64,000 nt of DNA, from the NCBI GenBank assembly GCA_964618625.1, contig CAZUBI010000001.1:396901-460900 (forward strand). Direction: 5' to 3'. Positions 56,176 to 64,000 of this stretch are shown here, one piece after another. The notes under the pieces were generated by a model. The model saw only the letters and a program-made list of their open reading frames with translations. It searched no databases and was not told the origin of the DNA. The DNA comes from an uncultured Candidatus Saccharibacteria bacterium. GTDB lineage: Bacteria > Patescibacteriota > Minisyncoccia > UBA6257. Position numbers and translations under genes: made by a program. How positions within the stretch are numbered: position 1 is the stretch's first letter; each line of letters opens with the position of its first letter.

Positions 56176-56264
56176 GGAGGAGTACCGAAGTGGTCATAAC
56201 GGAGCCGTTTCGAAAACGGTTAGTCCTTTTTTAGGACACGTGGGTTCGAATCCCACCTCCTCCG
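56176..56264 (+). tRNA. tRNA-Ser(CGA), long variable arm
   Basis: GGAGGAGTACCGAAGTGGTCATAACGGAGCCGTTTCGAAAACGGTTAGTCCTTTTTTAGGACACGTGGGTTCGAATCCCACCTCCTCCG. Anticodon loop TTCGAAA. Confidence 0.8.
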
Positions 56265-56275
56265 CATTTGAAGAT

Positions 56276-56304
56276 CCGAGTGGTTCGAATCCTAGTTCCC
56301 CAGC
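56276..56304 (+). repeat. Post-tRNA-Ser T-loop-like motif GAGTGGTTCGAATCCTAGTTCCCCAGC, copy 2 of 2
   Basis: Related to 14665..14691 and to the 31-bp R1 repeat (GGTTCCAACATCGTTCCATAGCCCCAGC). Begins 12 nt after tRNA-Ser(CGA). Confidence 0.5.
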
Positions 56305-56342
56305 AAATTAGAATAGCCAAAGAGGCGATTTTTTGGTAGAAT
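56298..56342 (+). promoter_or_regulatory. Terminator + extended -10 promoter module (R2), copy 1
   Basis: CCCCAGCAAATTAGAATAGCCAAAGAGGCGATTTTTTGGTAGAAT: imperfect hairpin, T6 run, then TGgTAGAAT extended -10, ~35 nt upstream of the 56380 ATG. 39/45 identical to copy 2 at 58374..58417. Confidence 0.5.
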
Positions 56343-56379
56343 ATCTAAAATATTTAAAAATATTAATTAATAAAAAAAT

Positions 56380-56850
56380 ATGGAAGAATTTAATAAAATT
56401 AATTATTCTCCAGAAAATTCCAGAGATGGAAATCCTCCTGTTGATAAAGATAAAATTGAACAGTTAGAAAAAGATAGAGAAGAGGAAATTAATAAAATAA
56501 TTGCTGATTTTTTGATTTCGCCAAGGAAATTTATCGAAAAGCCTAATAATGAAAATAAATTAGATAAAAAAGTAGCTATTAAACTTATTGAAGAGTATAG
56601 GGCATCTGCGCTTTTAAACTATATTGATAAATTTCAAGGCTTAGATAAAGAAGTAGCTCTTAATCTTATTGAAAGCGGTTGTGCATCTGCTATTCTTAAA
56701 AATTTTAATAAATTTCAAGGCTTAGATAAAGAAGTAGCTCTTAATCTTATTGAAAGTGGTGATGCAGATGCTGTTCTTGATAATATTGATAAATTCCAAG
56801 GACTAGATAAAGAATCAACTCTTAAGATGATTGAAGAAAGCGATAGCTAG
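56380..56850 (+). CDS. Hypothetical acidic protein with 3.5 tandem ~27-aa repeats (IDKFQGLDKEVALNLIESG...)
   Basis: 156 aa; DNA-level near-identical 51-nt repeats at 56629-56679 and 56710-56760 (period 81 nt), indicating recent internal duplication. Confidence 0.4.
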   Translation: MEEFNKINYSPENSRDGNPPVDKDKIEQLEKDREEEINKIIADFLISPRKFIEKPNNENKLDKKVAIKLIEEYRASALLNYIDKFQGLDKEVALNLIESGCASAILKNFNKFQGLDKEVALNLIESGDADAVLDNIDKFQGLDKESTLKMIEESDS

Positions 56851-56890
56851 TATAGCTAGTAATGAAGTGGAGTAAAGCTACATAGTTGCT

Positions 56891-56921
56891 AAAAAGGTTC
56901 CAACATCGTTCCATAGCCCCA
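56891..56921 (+). repeat. 31-bp perfect direct repeat R1 (AAAAAGGTTCCAACATCGTTCCATAGCCCCA), copy 1 of 3
   Basis: Identical 31-mer at 58347..58377 and 59381..59411. Lies 41 nt after the stop of 56380..56850. Confidence 0.7.
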
Positions 56922-57052
56922 CGGATTTCGAAAATAAACAGTAAAATATATAAGCCAATTCTATAATAATAATTTTTAAGCTTTTATGTTAGAGTTAAAA
57001 TATTAGAAAGGTCGATTCCAAGTAGTAAATAAAATAATAAAAAAAACAAATT

Positions 57053-57886
57053 ATGTCAGAAGAATATACAAAAAGTGAAAGTAATTCTGTAGTTAAAATT
57101 ATTAAAGATGTAGTAATTGCTTTAATCGCAGTAATCTTAGTATTCGGTACTTTCGGAATGGTGGGAGCTGGACACAGAGGAGTTATGCTTAACTTCGGTG
57201 CAGTTCAAGATAAAGTTTTAGGTGAAGGATTCTATATTAAGATTCCTATCGCTCAGAAAGTAGTTAAGATAGATGTTAGAACAGTTAAAATGGAAGTTCA
57301 GGCACTCTCTTATTCAAGAGATATTCAGATAGTAGATAGCACAATAGCATTGAATTATCATCTATCTCCTAAGGCAGTTAATAAGCTTTATCAGGAAATA
57401 GGTTTGGACTTTGAGTCAAGAATTATAAGTCCAGCAATTCAAGAATCTGTTAAGGCAACAATAGCTAATTATACAGCCCAGGAATTAGTTGAAAAAAGAG
57501 GAGAAGTTAAGGATGGTATTAAAGTATTCTTAACAGAAAGATTATTAAGACAAGATATAATCGTTGATGAATTATCAATAGTTAACTTCGATTTCTCTGA
57601 TACATACGAAGCAGCTATCGAAGCTAAACAGGTAGCACAACAAGAAGTTCTAACAGCTAAGAACAAATTAGAACGAGTTAAATTTGAAGCAGAACAAAGA
57701 ATTGCTCAAGCTAAAGGTGAGGCAGAAGCTATTAAGATTCAAGTTGAAGCTATTACTCAGCAAGGTGGAAAAGATTATGTAAATCTTAAATGGGTTGAAG
57801 CTTGGGGTAGTGGCCTTGCACCAGTCCCTCAAACATTAATTGGAGAGGGAAGTGGAAGCTTTTTATTCAATTTGAATAGTAAATAG
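57053..57886 (+). CDS. SPFH/band-7 (prohibitin/HflK-like) membrane protein
   Basis: 277 aa; N-terminal TM IALIAVILVFGTFGMVGA; SPFH core; C-terminal coiled coil (QQEVLTAKNKLERVKFEAEQRIAQAKGEAEAI). Confidence 0.75.
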   Translation: MSEEYTKSESNSVVKIIKDVVIALIAVILVFGTFGMVGAGHRGVMLNFGAVQDKVLGEGFYIKIPIAQKVVKIDVRTVKMEVQALSYSRDIQIVDSTIALNYHLSPKAVNKLYQEIGLDFESRIISPAIQESVKATIANYTAQELVEKRGEVKDGIKVFLTERLLRQDIIVDELSIVNFDFSDTYEAAIEAKQVAQQEVLTAKNKLERVKFEAEQRIAQAKGEAEAIKIQVEAITQQGGKDYVNLKWVEAWGSGLAPVPQTLIGEGSGSFLFNLNSK

Positions 57887-57979
57887 TATAGGTGATTAAG
57901 TCCCACCGTTTTAAATATTTAAATGGTCGATAGTTTAATTAAATTAATGCTATGAAAAATCAATTTTAATTATAAAAAT

Positions 57980-58276
57980 ATGTTAAAATTCAAAAACGCA
58001 AAAAAATTTAATAGGACTAGTATAAAAAAGTTACCAGAAGAAAAACCAATTATTTATAAACTTTTAAATAATACTAGAAAAGAATTGTATGTTGGCGTGG
58101 CAAAAAGGAATAGAGTTCAAGAGCGTTTATTGGAGCATTTAACCTTGAAGGAAGAAAAGATTCCAGGTGTGGTAAAAGTTAAATTTGTACAGTTCTCAAG
58201 TATAGAGAAAGCAAAAAAGGCAGAAAAGCAATTAATAAAAAAGATACAACCAAAATTCAACGAACAAAATAAATAG
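57980..58276 (+). CDS. Small GIY-YIG nuclease-superfamily protein
   Basis: 98 aa; IYKLLN...ELYVGVAKRNRVQERLLEHL matches GIY...YVG...R..ERL..H catalytic core. Confidence 0.6.
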   Translation: MLKFKNAKKFNRTSIKKLPEEKPIIYKLLNNTRKELYVGVAKRNRVQERLLEHLTLKEEKIPGVVKVKFVQFSSIEKAKKAEKQLIKKIQPKFNEQNK

Positions 58277-58346
58277 TTAGAAACTTAGGAGGGTATAATT
58301 AAGCTAAAAAACGCTTCATATCTAGCATCATACGTTTTTTAAAGCC

Positions 58347-58377
58347 AAAAAGGTTCCAACATCGTTCCATAGCCCCA
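58347..58377 (+). repeat. R1 31-bp direct repeat, copy 2 of 3 (fused to R2 copy 2)
   Basis: Perfect match to 56891..56921. The same CCCCAGC runs straight into the R2 module. Confidence 0.7.
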
Positions 58378-58417
58378 GCAAATTAGAATCGCCAAAAAGG
58401 CGATTTTTTGGTAGAAT
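58374..58417 (+). promoter_or_regulatory. Terminator + extended -10 promoter module (R2), copy 2
   Basis: CCCCAGCAAATTAGAATCGCCAAAAAGGCGATTTTTTGGTAGAAT: perfect 6-bp hairpin ATCGCC/GGCGAT, T6 run, then TGgTAGAAT, 10 nt upstream of the 58427 ATG. Confidence 0.55.
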
Positions 58418-58426
58418 TATTAAAAG

Positions 58427-59341
58427 ATGAAATTAGAAAAAGTTTTAGAAAAATTAAAAGAGCTTTTCGGTAAATGGGGTCTTGAGCAGAAAGATTGGAT
58501 TTTGGTTGCTAACTATGCTGTTAAACTACAAGGCTATGACGTAAGATTAAGAAAAGGCCATTTTAATACCATAGTTGATAAGAAAAAACTTCCTTGGAAC
58601 GTGAAGGAAGGTTTTGAAATTTTTCCACCGAAAAATTCAATATGGTCCAAGGATTATATTGAATGGATGAAATTAACTGGTTTTGAAACTGACCTGATAG
58701 CTTATGATAGCAGGAAGATTAAAAAGTATTTAAAATATAGTATCACTTATAAGCTTCCAAACAAGGGATCTATTTATTTAATAACAATGGAAGGTAATTT
58801 AATCAGCCTTAATGATTTTTTGGTTCATTGTCGAGAAGAAGAAGCAGGCATTGCTAAAGGTATGTACTTATTAGATGTTATTAAAAATTTACAAAAAGCA
58901 TCTAGAGAAAAAAAAGATGAAAAATCAATTCTTCTATCTGATAAAATATTGAAAAAGTATCAATTTTTAAATAAGAAAAAACCCCGGGAAGAAAAAATAA
59001 TATTTAAAGGAAGTATAAAAGGAGATGGAGTTTGCAGTGGAAAGGTTGTAGGTAGAGCAAAATTAATTAAAGGTAAAGGTAATAAATATATGGATATTAA
59101 GGGAAAGGTAATTTTAGTAGCTAAAATGACCTCTCCTGATTTTGTTATTATTATTAATAAAATTAAAGGCATGATTACTGATGAAGGTGGTAAATTATGC
59201 CACGCGGCAATTTTAGCAAGAGAATTTGAAATTCCTTGTATAATTGGGACGAAAGTAGCTACCAAAGTTATAAATAATGGTGATCTTATAGAATTGGATG
59301 CTGATTTTGGGATAGTAAGAATATTAGAAAGAAAGAAGTAA
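58427..59341 (+). CDS. Protein with C-terminal PEP-utilising-enzyme mobile (phosphohistidine swivel) domain and an N-terminal domain of unknown function
   Basis: 304 aa; GGKLCHAAILAREFEIPCIIGT matches the PEP-utiliser phosphohistidine signature. The N-terminal 180 aa have no motif I recognise. Confidence 0.55.
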   Translation: MKLEKVLEKLKELFGKWGLEQKDWILVANYAVKLQGYDVRLRKGHFNTIVDKKKLPWNVKEGFEIFPPKNSIWSKDYIEWMKLTGFETDLIAYDSRKIKKYLKYSITYKLPNKGSIYLITMEGNLISLNDFLVHCREEEAGIAKGMYLLDVIKNLQKASREKKDEKSILLSDKILKKYQFLNKKKPREEKIIFKGSIKGDGVCSGKVVGRAKLIKGKGNKYMDIKGKVILVAKMTSPDFVIIINKIKGMITDEGGKLCHAAILAREFEIPCIIGTKVATKVINNGDLIELDADFGIVRILERKK

Positions 59342-59380
59342 GTTACAGAAAAAATCTAATATTATTTAATTCCTAAGGTC

Positions 59381-59411
59381 AAAAAGGTTCCAACATCGTT
59401 CCATAGCCCCA
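59381..59411 (+). repeat. R1 31-bp direct repeat, copy 3 of 3
   Basis: Perfect match. It lies between the convergent 3' ends of 58427..59341(+) and comF(-). Confidence 0.7.
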
Positions 59412-59420
59412 GCCAAATAT

Positions 59421-60167
59421 TTATCCTCTAGCTAATACCAAACCGATGATTTTCTTCGCCCCTGATTTTTTTAATATACGAGCCGCTTCTTGCATTGTTG
59501 CTCCGGAGGTATAAACATCGTCAATTAAAATTATCCACTTATTTTTAATTAGATTTAAGCTAGAAATAGGAATTTGAAAAACATCTTTGGTATTTTTTTC
59601 TCTTTCAATAAAATTATTGATTTTTGCTTGAGGTGGATTATTTTTAATCCTAAGAAGAATTTTAGAATGAAAGTTTAGAGAAAAATGAGAAGCAATAACT
59701 TCTGTTAATAATTCTGATTGATTAAATCCTCTTTGCCTCTTTTTTCTTTTATGAAGTGGAATTGGAATTAGTAATATATTCTTTTTATTAATTTCAGAAA
59801 AAAAGTTGGTTTCTTTTAAAAATCTTATTATTAAACTAGCCAAAGGTTTTTGTAATGAAATAATTGGTTGATATTTAAAAAGATGAATAGTTTTTCTAAT
59901 AATTGAATTTTCATAAAAAGAAACTACGCCCAAAGCGAATAAATTGGTTTTACAAAAACAACAACGTTTTGAAAAATTAATTACTCTTTTTTTACAAACA
60001 GGACAAATAAAGGAATAATTAATTGGGATATTTTTTTGGCATTTTTTACAAAGCGGATAAGAAAGATGAACTTCTCTTTTGCAAGAAACGCATTGCCAAG
60101 GGAAAAAAGTGTCTAAAAATAATTTTAAAAAACGGCGGGGCATAGATATTATGTTTGCATTTGGCAA
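59421..60167 (-). CDS. comF: ComF-family phosphoribosyltransferase-domain protein (competence protein F-like)
   Basis: 248 aa; N-terminal double Cys-pair zinc finger (CVSCK...CKKC, CPVC...C); PRT motif IILIDDVYTSGATMQEA. Confidence 0.7.
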   Translation of the reverse strand: MPNANIISMPRRFLKLFLDTFFPWQCVSCKREVHLSYPLCKKCQKNIPINYSFICPVCKKRVINFSKRCCFCKTNLFALGVVSFYENSIIRKTIHLFKYQPIISLQKPLASLIIRFLKETNFFSEINKKNILLIPIPLHKRKKRQRGFNQSELLTEVIASHFSLNFHSKILLRIKNNPPQAKINNFIEREKNTKDVFQIPISSLNLIKNKWIILIDDVYTSGATMQEAARILKKSGAKKIIGLVLARG

Positions 60168-60227
60168 AACATGTACTATATTATATAATATAGTTATAAT
60201 GTTGTATATAGTTATTTAGTAAAATAT

Positions 60228-61286
60228 ATGTTTTTCAATTTTTTTAAACAGAATATTTTTTTAGGCATAGACATTGGAACCACTTCAATTAAATTAGTGG
60301 AATTGCTAAAAACCAGACAAAAGATAGAATTGACTAATTATGGAATTTTGGAAAAGTACGGGCATTTAGAAAGGATCAATGACGCTATTCAAACTAATAG
60401 TTTTAAATTGTTAGAAGAAAGTACTGCTTTGCTTTTGAAGCAATTGATAGAGAAATCAAAAACGAAGAATCGGAAAACCTATATGGCTTTACCAAGTTTT
60501 TCTGGGTTTGTTTCAATTATGGAACTTCCAGAAATGTCAGATAAAGAACTTACTAAAGCAGTGAATTTTCAAGCAGGGCAGTATATCCCTATGTCTCTGC
60601 AGGAAACAACTTTAGATTGGCAAATTATAGAAAGAACAAATGGTAAAATTTTTGTTCTTTTAATGGCTGTACCAACTGATATTGTTAAAAGATATGTCCA
60701 AAGCGCAGAACTGGCTAAAATTAATTTAAAAGGTTTGGAATTAGAAACTGTGGCGGTTGCTCGCTTATTAGGTAAGAAAGAAACGGGTGTGGTAGCTTTA
60801 GTGGATATTGGGGGAAGAAGTACATCTATTAATATAATGGACAAGGGAGCGTTGAGAACAAGCCATAATGTAGATACTGCTGGTGGAGATTTTACCCAAG
60901 TTATTAGTAGTGGGTTGGGGATTAATCCTTTCAGAGCCGAGAAATTAAAAAGGGCATATGGTTTGAATATTCAGGCGCGCGGAGGAGTTAAAATTACAAA
61001 TCTTTTAATGCCATTATTAGATGTTATAAAAAGAGAAACAGAAAAAGCTATTAATAATTACTTTTTAAGAACCAAGAAGAAAGCAGAGAAGGTAATTTTA
61101 ACTGGTGGAGGCGCGAATCTTCAGGGATTGGAAGATTATTATTCTAAACAATTGGCTTTGCCTGTTATTAAAGGTGATCCTTTTTCTTGGGGATTAATTT
61201 CTTATAACCCAAATCTTTCTCCTATTATGAAAGATATTGGTCCAAGTTTAACCAGTGCTTGCGCTGTAGTATTTAAAGATATTTAA
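60228..61286 (+). CDS. pilM: Type IV pilus assembly protein PilM (actin-like ATPase)
   Basis: 352 aa; N-terminal LGIDIGTTSIKLVEL; actin/HSP70 fold motifs. Confidence 0.8.
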   Translation: MFFNFFKQNIFLGIDIGTTSIKLVELLKTRQKIELTNYGILEKYGHLERINDAIQTNSFKLLEESTALLLKQLIEKSKTKNRKTYMALPSFSGFVSIMELPEMSDKELTKAVNFQAGQYIPMSLQETTLDWQIIERTNGKIFVLLMAVPTDIVKRYVQSAELAKINLKGLELETVAVARLLGKKETGVVALVDIGGRSTSINIMDKGALRTSHNVDTAGGDFTQVISSGLGINPFRAEKLKRAYGLNIQARGGVKITNLLMPLLDVIKRETEKAINNYFLRTKKKAEKVILTGGGANLQGLEDYYSKQLALPVIKGDPFSWGLISYNPNLSPIMKDIGPSLTSACAVVFKDI

Positions 61287-61361
61287 TTCCCTTGCCCCAT
61301 TAGAAGTTTACTTCTAATGGGACTTGCTTGATTTTTTAAAAAGAGGTAAAATATATAAAAT

Positions 61362-61904
61362 ATGCAGAATTTTGATTTAGAATCTCTAAAACCAAAAGAA
61401 CTTCCTCCTACTTGGCCAAAGGGGCTTTTGACATTTACTTTGGTGGTTTTTCTTATTACTGTGGGCGCTTATTTTGGATTAGATTATTGGAATAAGAATG
61501 AAGATGCGCAATTGGTTGTTTTGGAGGAAGAATTTCAAAATTTAAGATCTGATTTTCCTTTGCAAAAAGAGCGAGAAGCTATCCTTTTTGAAAAAAAATT
61601 AAATAGTTTAAGCAAACTGCTAACTAACCATACATATTTTTCTAAAGTATTGCTAGTTTTAGAAGAATTAACTCACCCTCAAATTTATTATACTAATCTG
61701 GATTTTTCAACAGATACAAATATGTTGATTTTAGAAGGTGTGGCTAGAAGCCAGGCGGTATTTAGTGAAGCTGTAAGCGGATTAGTAAATACTCCAGACA
61801 AAATTAAAGCTGTGGCAGTAAAGGATATGAAAATTGATAAGAATAAAAATATTGCTTTTTCTTTGTATGTTTTTATTCAACCAAGTTTATTAAAATATCA
61901 ATAA
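61362..61904 (+). CDS. pilN: PilN-like bitopic pilus assembly protein
   Basis: 180 aa; single N-terminal TM (LLTFTLVVFLITVGAYFGL); position between pilM and pilO. Confidence 0.5.
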   Translation: MQNFDLESLKPKELPPTWPKGLLTFTLVVFLITVGAYFGLDYWNKNEDAQLVVLEEEFQNLRSDFPLQKEREAILFEKKLNSLSKLLTNHTYFSKVLLVLEELTHPQIYYTNLDFSTDTNMLILEGVARSQAVFSEAVSGLVNTPDKIKAVAVKDMKIDKNKNIAFSLYVFIQPSLLKYQ

Positions 61905-61905
61905 G

Positions 61906-62460
61906 ATGACGGAGACTACTAAACAAAATCTTTCAATTTTATCAATTACTTTATTAATAGCAGCAACTATTTTTTTACTTGCTCGCTTTATTAAACCATC
62001 CTTTGACAAGACAAAAGAATTAACGCTAGGGATAAAGGAAACAGAAGAAAACATAAAGCTTTTACAAGAACATAAAACCAGGTCAGAGTTTTTAATCCAA
62101 AGTTATTTGAATTTAGGAGAGCAGGTAGAAAGTATTAACTTGGCCTTACCTGACAATCCGCAAACAGCTCAGGTGCTAGCTGTTCTGGATATGATTTCTA
62201 AAAATACTGGTATTTCTTTGAATAGTTTAAGTTTTCGTGAGATCACTAAAGATAGCCAGAATCATTTAGAAATTAAAACAAGATTTTCTGCAACCTATGA
62301 GAGTGCTAAAGAATGGATTAAAGAAGTTGAAAAAGAACTGCGTATCATTGACATTACTGAGTCTGATATTAAATCAAGTATTTCCTCAAAAGGTAAAGTA
62401 TCAGATATTTTAGAATATAATATTACACTAGTAACGTACTTTTTGTCTTATGGCGATTGA
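61906..62460 (+). CDS. pilO: PilO-like bitopic pilus assembly protein
   Basis: 184 aa; N-terminal TM then coiled coil; gene order pilM-N-O. Confidence 0.5.
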   Translation: MTETTKQNLSILSITLLIAATIFLLARFIKPSFDKTKELTLGIKETEENIKLLQEHKTRSEFLIQSYLNLGEQVESINLALPDNPQTAQVLAVLDMISKNTGISLNSLSFREITKDSQNHLEIKTRFSATYESAKEWIKEVEKELRIIDITESDIKSSISSKGKVSDILEYNITLVTYFLSYGD

Positions 62461-62743
62461 AATTAAAAAACAAAAAAAGAATAATATTTTACTATATCTC
62501 TTAATAATTTTAGTTTTATTTTTAATTGGCTGGATAGGTTGGAGTTTTTTTAAGCCTGGAGAAATCTTTCAAAAATCAGATATTGAAGATCTGCTTCCTC
62601 CTTCTTCGCAAGAATTAATTGAAGCCAAATTGGATATTGGGATAATTTTAAATCATTCTGTTTTCCAAACATTAAGCCCGCATATTACTTGGCCATTGGA
62701 TGTTCCTGATTTAGGCCGCGCCAATCCTTTTAAAGTGTTCTAA
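62450..62743 (+). CDS. Small bitopic membrane protein in the pilus cluster (PilP-like?)
   Basis: 97 aa; TM ILLYLLIILVLFLIGWIGW; overlaps pilO by 11 nt. Confidence 0.3.
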   Translation: MAIEIKKQKKNNILLYLLIILVLFLIGWIGWSFFKPGEIFQKSDIEDLLPPSSQELIEAKLDIGIILNHSVFQTLSPHITWPLDVPDLGRANPFKVF

Positions 62744-62823
62744 AGCCGTATTCAGTATTTTGTATTGAGTATAATTGATTATTATTCGTATATTTGTAAT
62801 AGATTCGTTATTCGTTGATTACT

Positions 62824-64000
62824 ATGATTCAAGAAGAACTTTTTCTTTCTGCTCTTATTCAAAAAGGGCTGATAAAACAAGCAGATGCTTACACGCTTTT
62901 ACAGGAAGCAAAAAGCCTGGAGAAAAGAGTTGAGGACATAATTTATGAGAAAAATTTAGTTGATGAGAAAAAACTCTCGCAGATTAAAAGCGAGCTTTTT
63001 AAATTACCAGTAAAAATATTTTCTAAAACCGAAATTATTCCTCAAAATGTTTTAAATTTGATTCCTGAAGACACAGCTCGTCATTATGGATTTATTGCTT
63101 TTAATAAGGAGAAAGATGTTTTAGATGTTGGAATGGTTTATCCTGATGATACAAAGGCGCAAAAGGCTGTAAAATTTATAGTAGAGCGATTAGGTTTAAA
63201 AATAAGGGTTTCAATCATCATTCCTTCTGATTTTAAAAATATTCTAAAGCAATACCAAACATTTGCTAAAGAGTTTGATAAGCTTTTGCAGGATTTTCAC
63301 AAAAGATTTAGTGGTGTGAAAAAAAAGAAATCACCTTTTGCGTTAGTGGATTTAGAATCTACTGTTGGGGCTGTAGCTGAAGAAGCGCCAATTATTAAAC
63401 TTTTTGCCTCAATATTAAAATATGCTGTTCGTTCACGGGCTTCTGATATACATATTGAACCTGAGCGTAATAAATTGAGGGTGCGTTTTCGTGTTGATGG
63501 CAATCTTTCCAGTACATTAAGTTTGCCTTTGGCAGTTCACCAGGCCATTATCACCCGTGTGAAAATAATGACTAATTTGAAAATTGATGAAACACGCTTG
63601 CCGCAAGATGGGCGTTTTTTCACTATTATAGATGATAAAGAAATAGATTTTAGAGTATCTACTTTTCCAACTGCTTTAGGAGAAAAAATAGCAATTAGAA
63701 TTTTGGATCCAACTTCTGGATTAAAAAGCATTCATGAATTAGGTTTGGAAGGAAGAAATTTGGAGATCCTTCAGACCGAAATGTTTAAACCGTACGGAAT
63801 GATTTTAATTACAGGGCCTACAGGTTCAGGAAAAACAACTACTTTATACGCAATCATGCAAATATTGAATCAAGATAAAGTAAACATTGTTAGCTTGGAA
63901 GATCCTGTTGAATATACAATGGAAGGGATTAATCAGTCCCAGGTTCTTCCTGAGATTGGATATACTTTTGCGCGCGGATTACGCCATATGGTTAGGCAAG
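62824..64000 (+). CDS. pilB: Type IV pilus assembly ATPase PilB (GspE family), N-terminal 392 aa; the 3' end runs off the window
   Basis: Manual translation from ATG 62824 shows no stop before 64000. It ends with Walker A ITGPTGSGKTTTLYA. Absent from the ORF track because the window edge truncates it. Confidence 0.85.
   Translation, partial: MIQEELFLSALIQKGLIKQADAYTLLQEAKSLEKRVEDIIYEKNLVDEKKLSQIKSELFKLPVKIFSKTEIIPQNVLNLIPEDTARHYGFIAFNKEKDVLDVGMVYPDDTKAQKAVKFIVERLGLKIRVSIIIPSDFKNILKQYQTFAKEFDKLLQDFHKRFSGVKKKKSPFALVDLESTVGAVAEEAPIIKLFASILKYAVRSRASDIHIEPERNKLRVRFRVDGNLSSTLSLPLAVHQAIITRVKIMTNLKIDETRLPQDGRFFTIIDDKEIDFRVSTFPTALGEKIAIRILDPTSGLKSIHELGLEGRNLEILQTEMFKPYGMILITGPTGSGKTTTLYAIMQILNQDKVNIVSLEDPVEYTMEGINQSQVLPEIGYTFARGLRHMVRQ

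Noticed and set aside
56380-56850. Possible CRISPR array (regularly spaced repeats at 56629, 56710, 56790)
   Set aside because: The repeats are in-frame within a coding sequence with 81-nt period and conserved translation; no cas genes. Protein tandem repeats, not CRISPR.
56891-59411. R1 31-bp repeats as a CRISPR array
   Set aside because: Only three copies with 1.0-1.5 kb gene-containing spacing; not a CRISPR architecture.
1-64000. rRNA genes, tmRNA, RNase P RNA, SRP RNA
   Set aside because: No rRNA-like conserved blocks were seen. I looked for the tmRNA tag-reading-frame pattern and RNase P/SRP hallmark motifs (GGAAAGUCCGG, GGAAGGAAGCAGC) and did not find them by eye. Absence is not proven without an Infernal scan.

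Overview
This window is AT-rich (roughly one-third GC by eye), coding-dense and looks bacterial. The gene content (short infB, RNase Y plus RNase J, split transketolase, class-I aldolase, short archaeal-type PurA, type IV pilus genes, many small hypotheticals, and HTH-LAGLIDADG genes beside tRNAs) suggests a Patescibacteria/CPR-like organism; that assignment is inference. Most of the window is housekeeping. Main genes: gyrA (partial), an ABC transporter pair, trpS, argS, uppP, cca, infB, rpsO, a NYN-domain gene, pnp, ftsH, speE-like plus speD, yhhQ, a GT4 glycosyltransferase, rluD, rplS, an M23 peptidase, htrA, recG, recO, glyQS, an M16 peptidase, metG, tatD, rnj, an oligopeptide-binding protein, secG, gpmI, rny, hup, an S1-domain protein, a purA-like gene, split tkt, a pfkB-family kinase, a class-I aldolase, comF and pilMNO-pilB (partial). 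I found 17 tRNA genes by hand-folding. Three ORF-track proteins (recG, rnj, infB) carry false N-terminal extensions that are really translated tRNA genes. No rRNA and no CRISPR array were found. Features that housekeeping does not explain: (1) a cassette-like locus directly 3' of tRNA-Ser(CGA) at 56.2-59.4 kb, where three perfect 31-bp direct repeats and two terminator-plus-extended -10 promoter modules delimit genes for a tandem-repeat protein, an SPFH protein, a GIY-YIG nuclease and a PEP-utiliser swivel-domain protein; (2) three HTH-LAGLIDADG endonuclease-like genes, each abutting or overlapping tRNA genes; (3) at least five dispersed intergenic repeat families, including a ~50-60 nt element in four copies that repeatedly supplies the stop codon of the upstream gene; (4) an 18-bp perfect inverted repeat; (5) degenerate copies of a tRNA-Ser 3' end downstream of tRNA-Ser(GCT), which may be att-like scars; (6) a consensus promoter driving a candidate ~50-nt sRNA; (7) unusual anticodons: Ile-UAU, Arg-GCG, and Pro-CGG with C33. 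All coordinates and folds were derived by eye; no search or computation was run.
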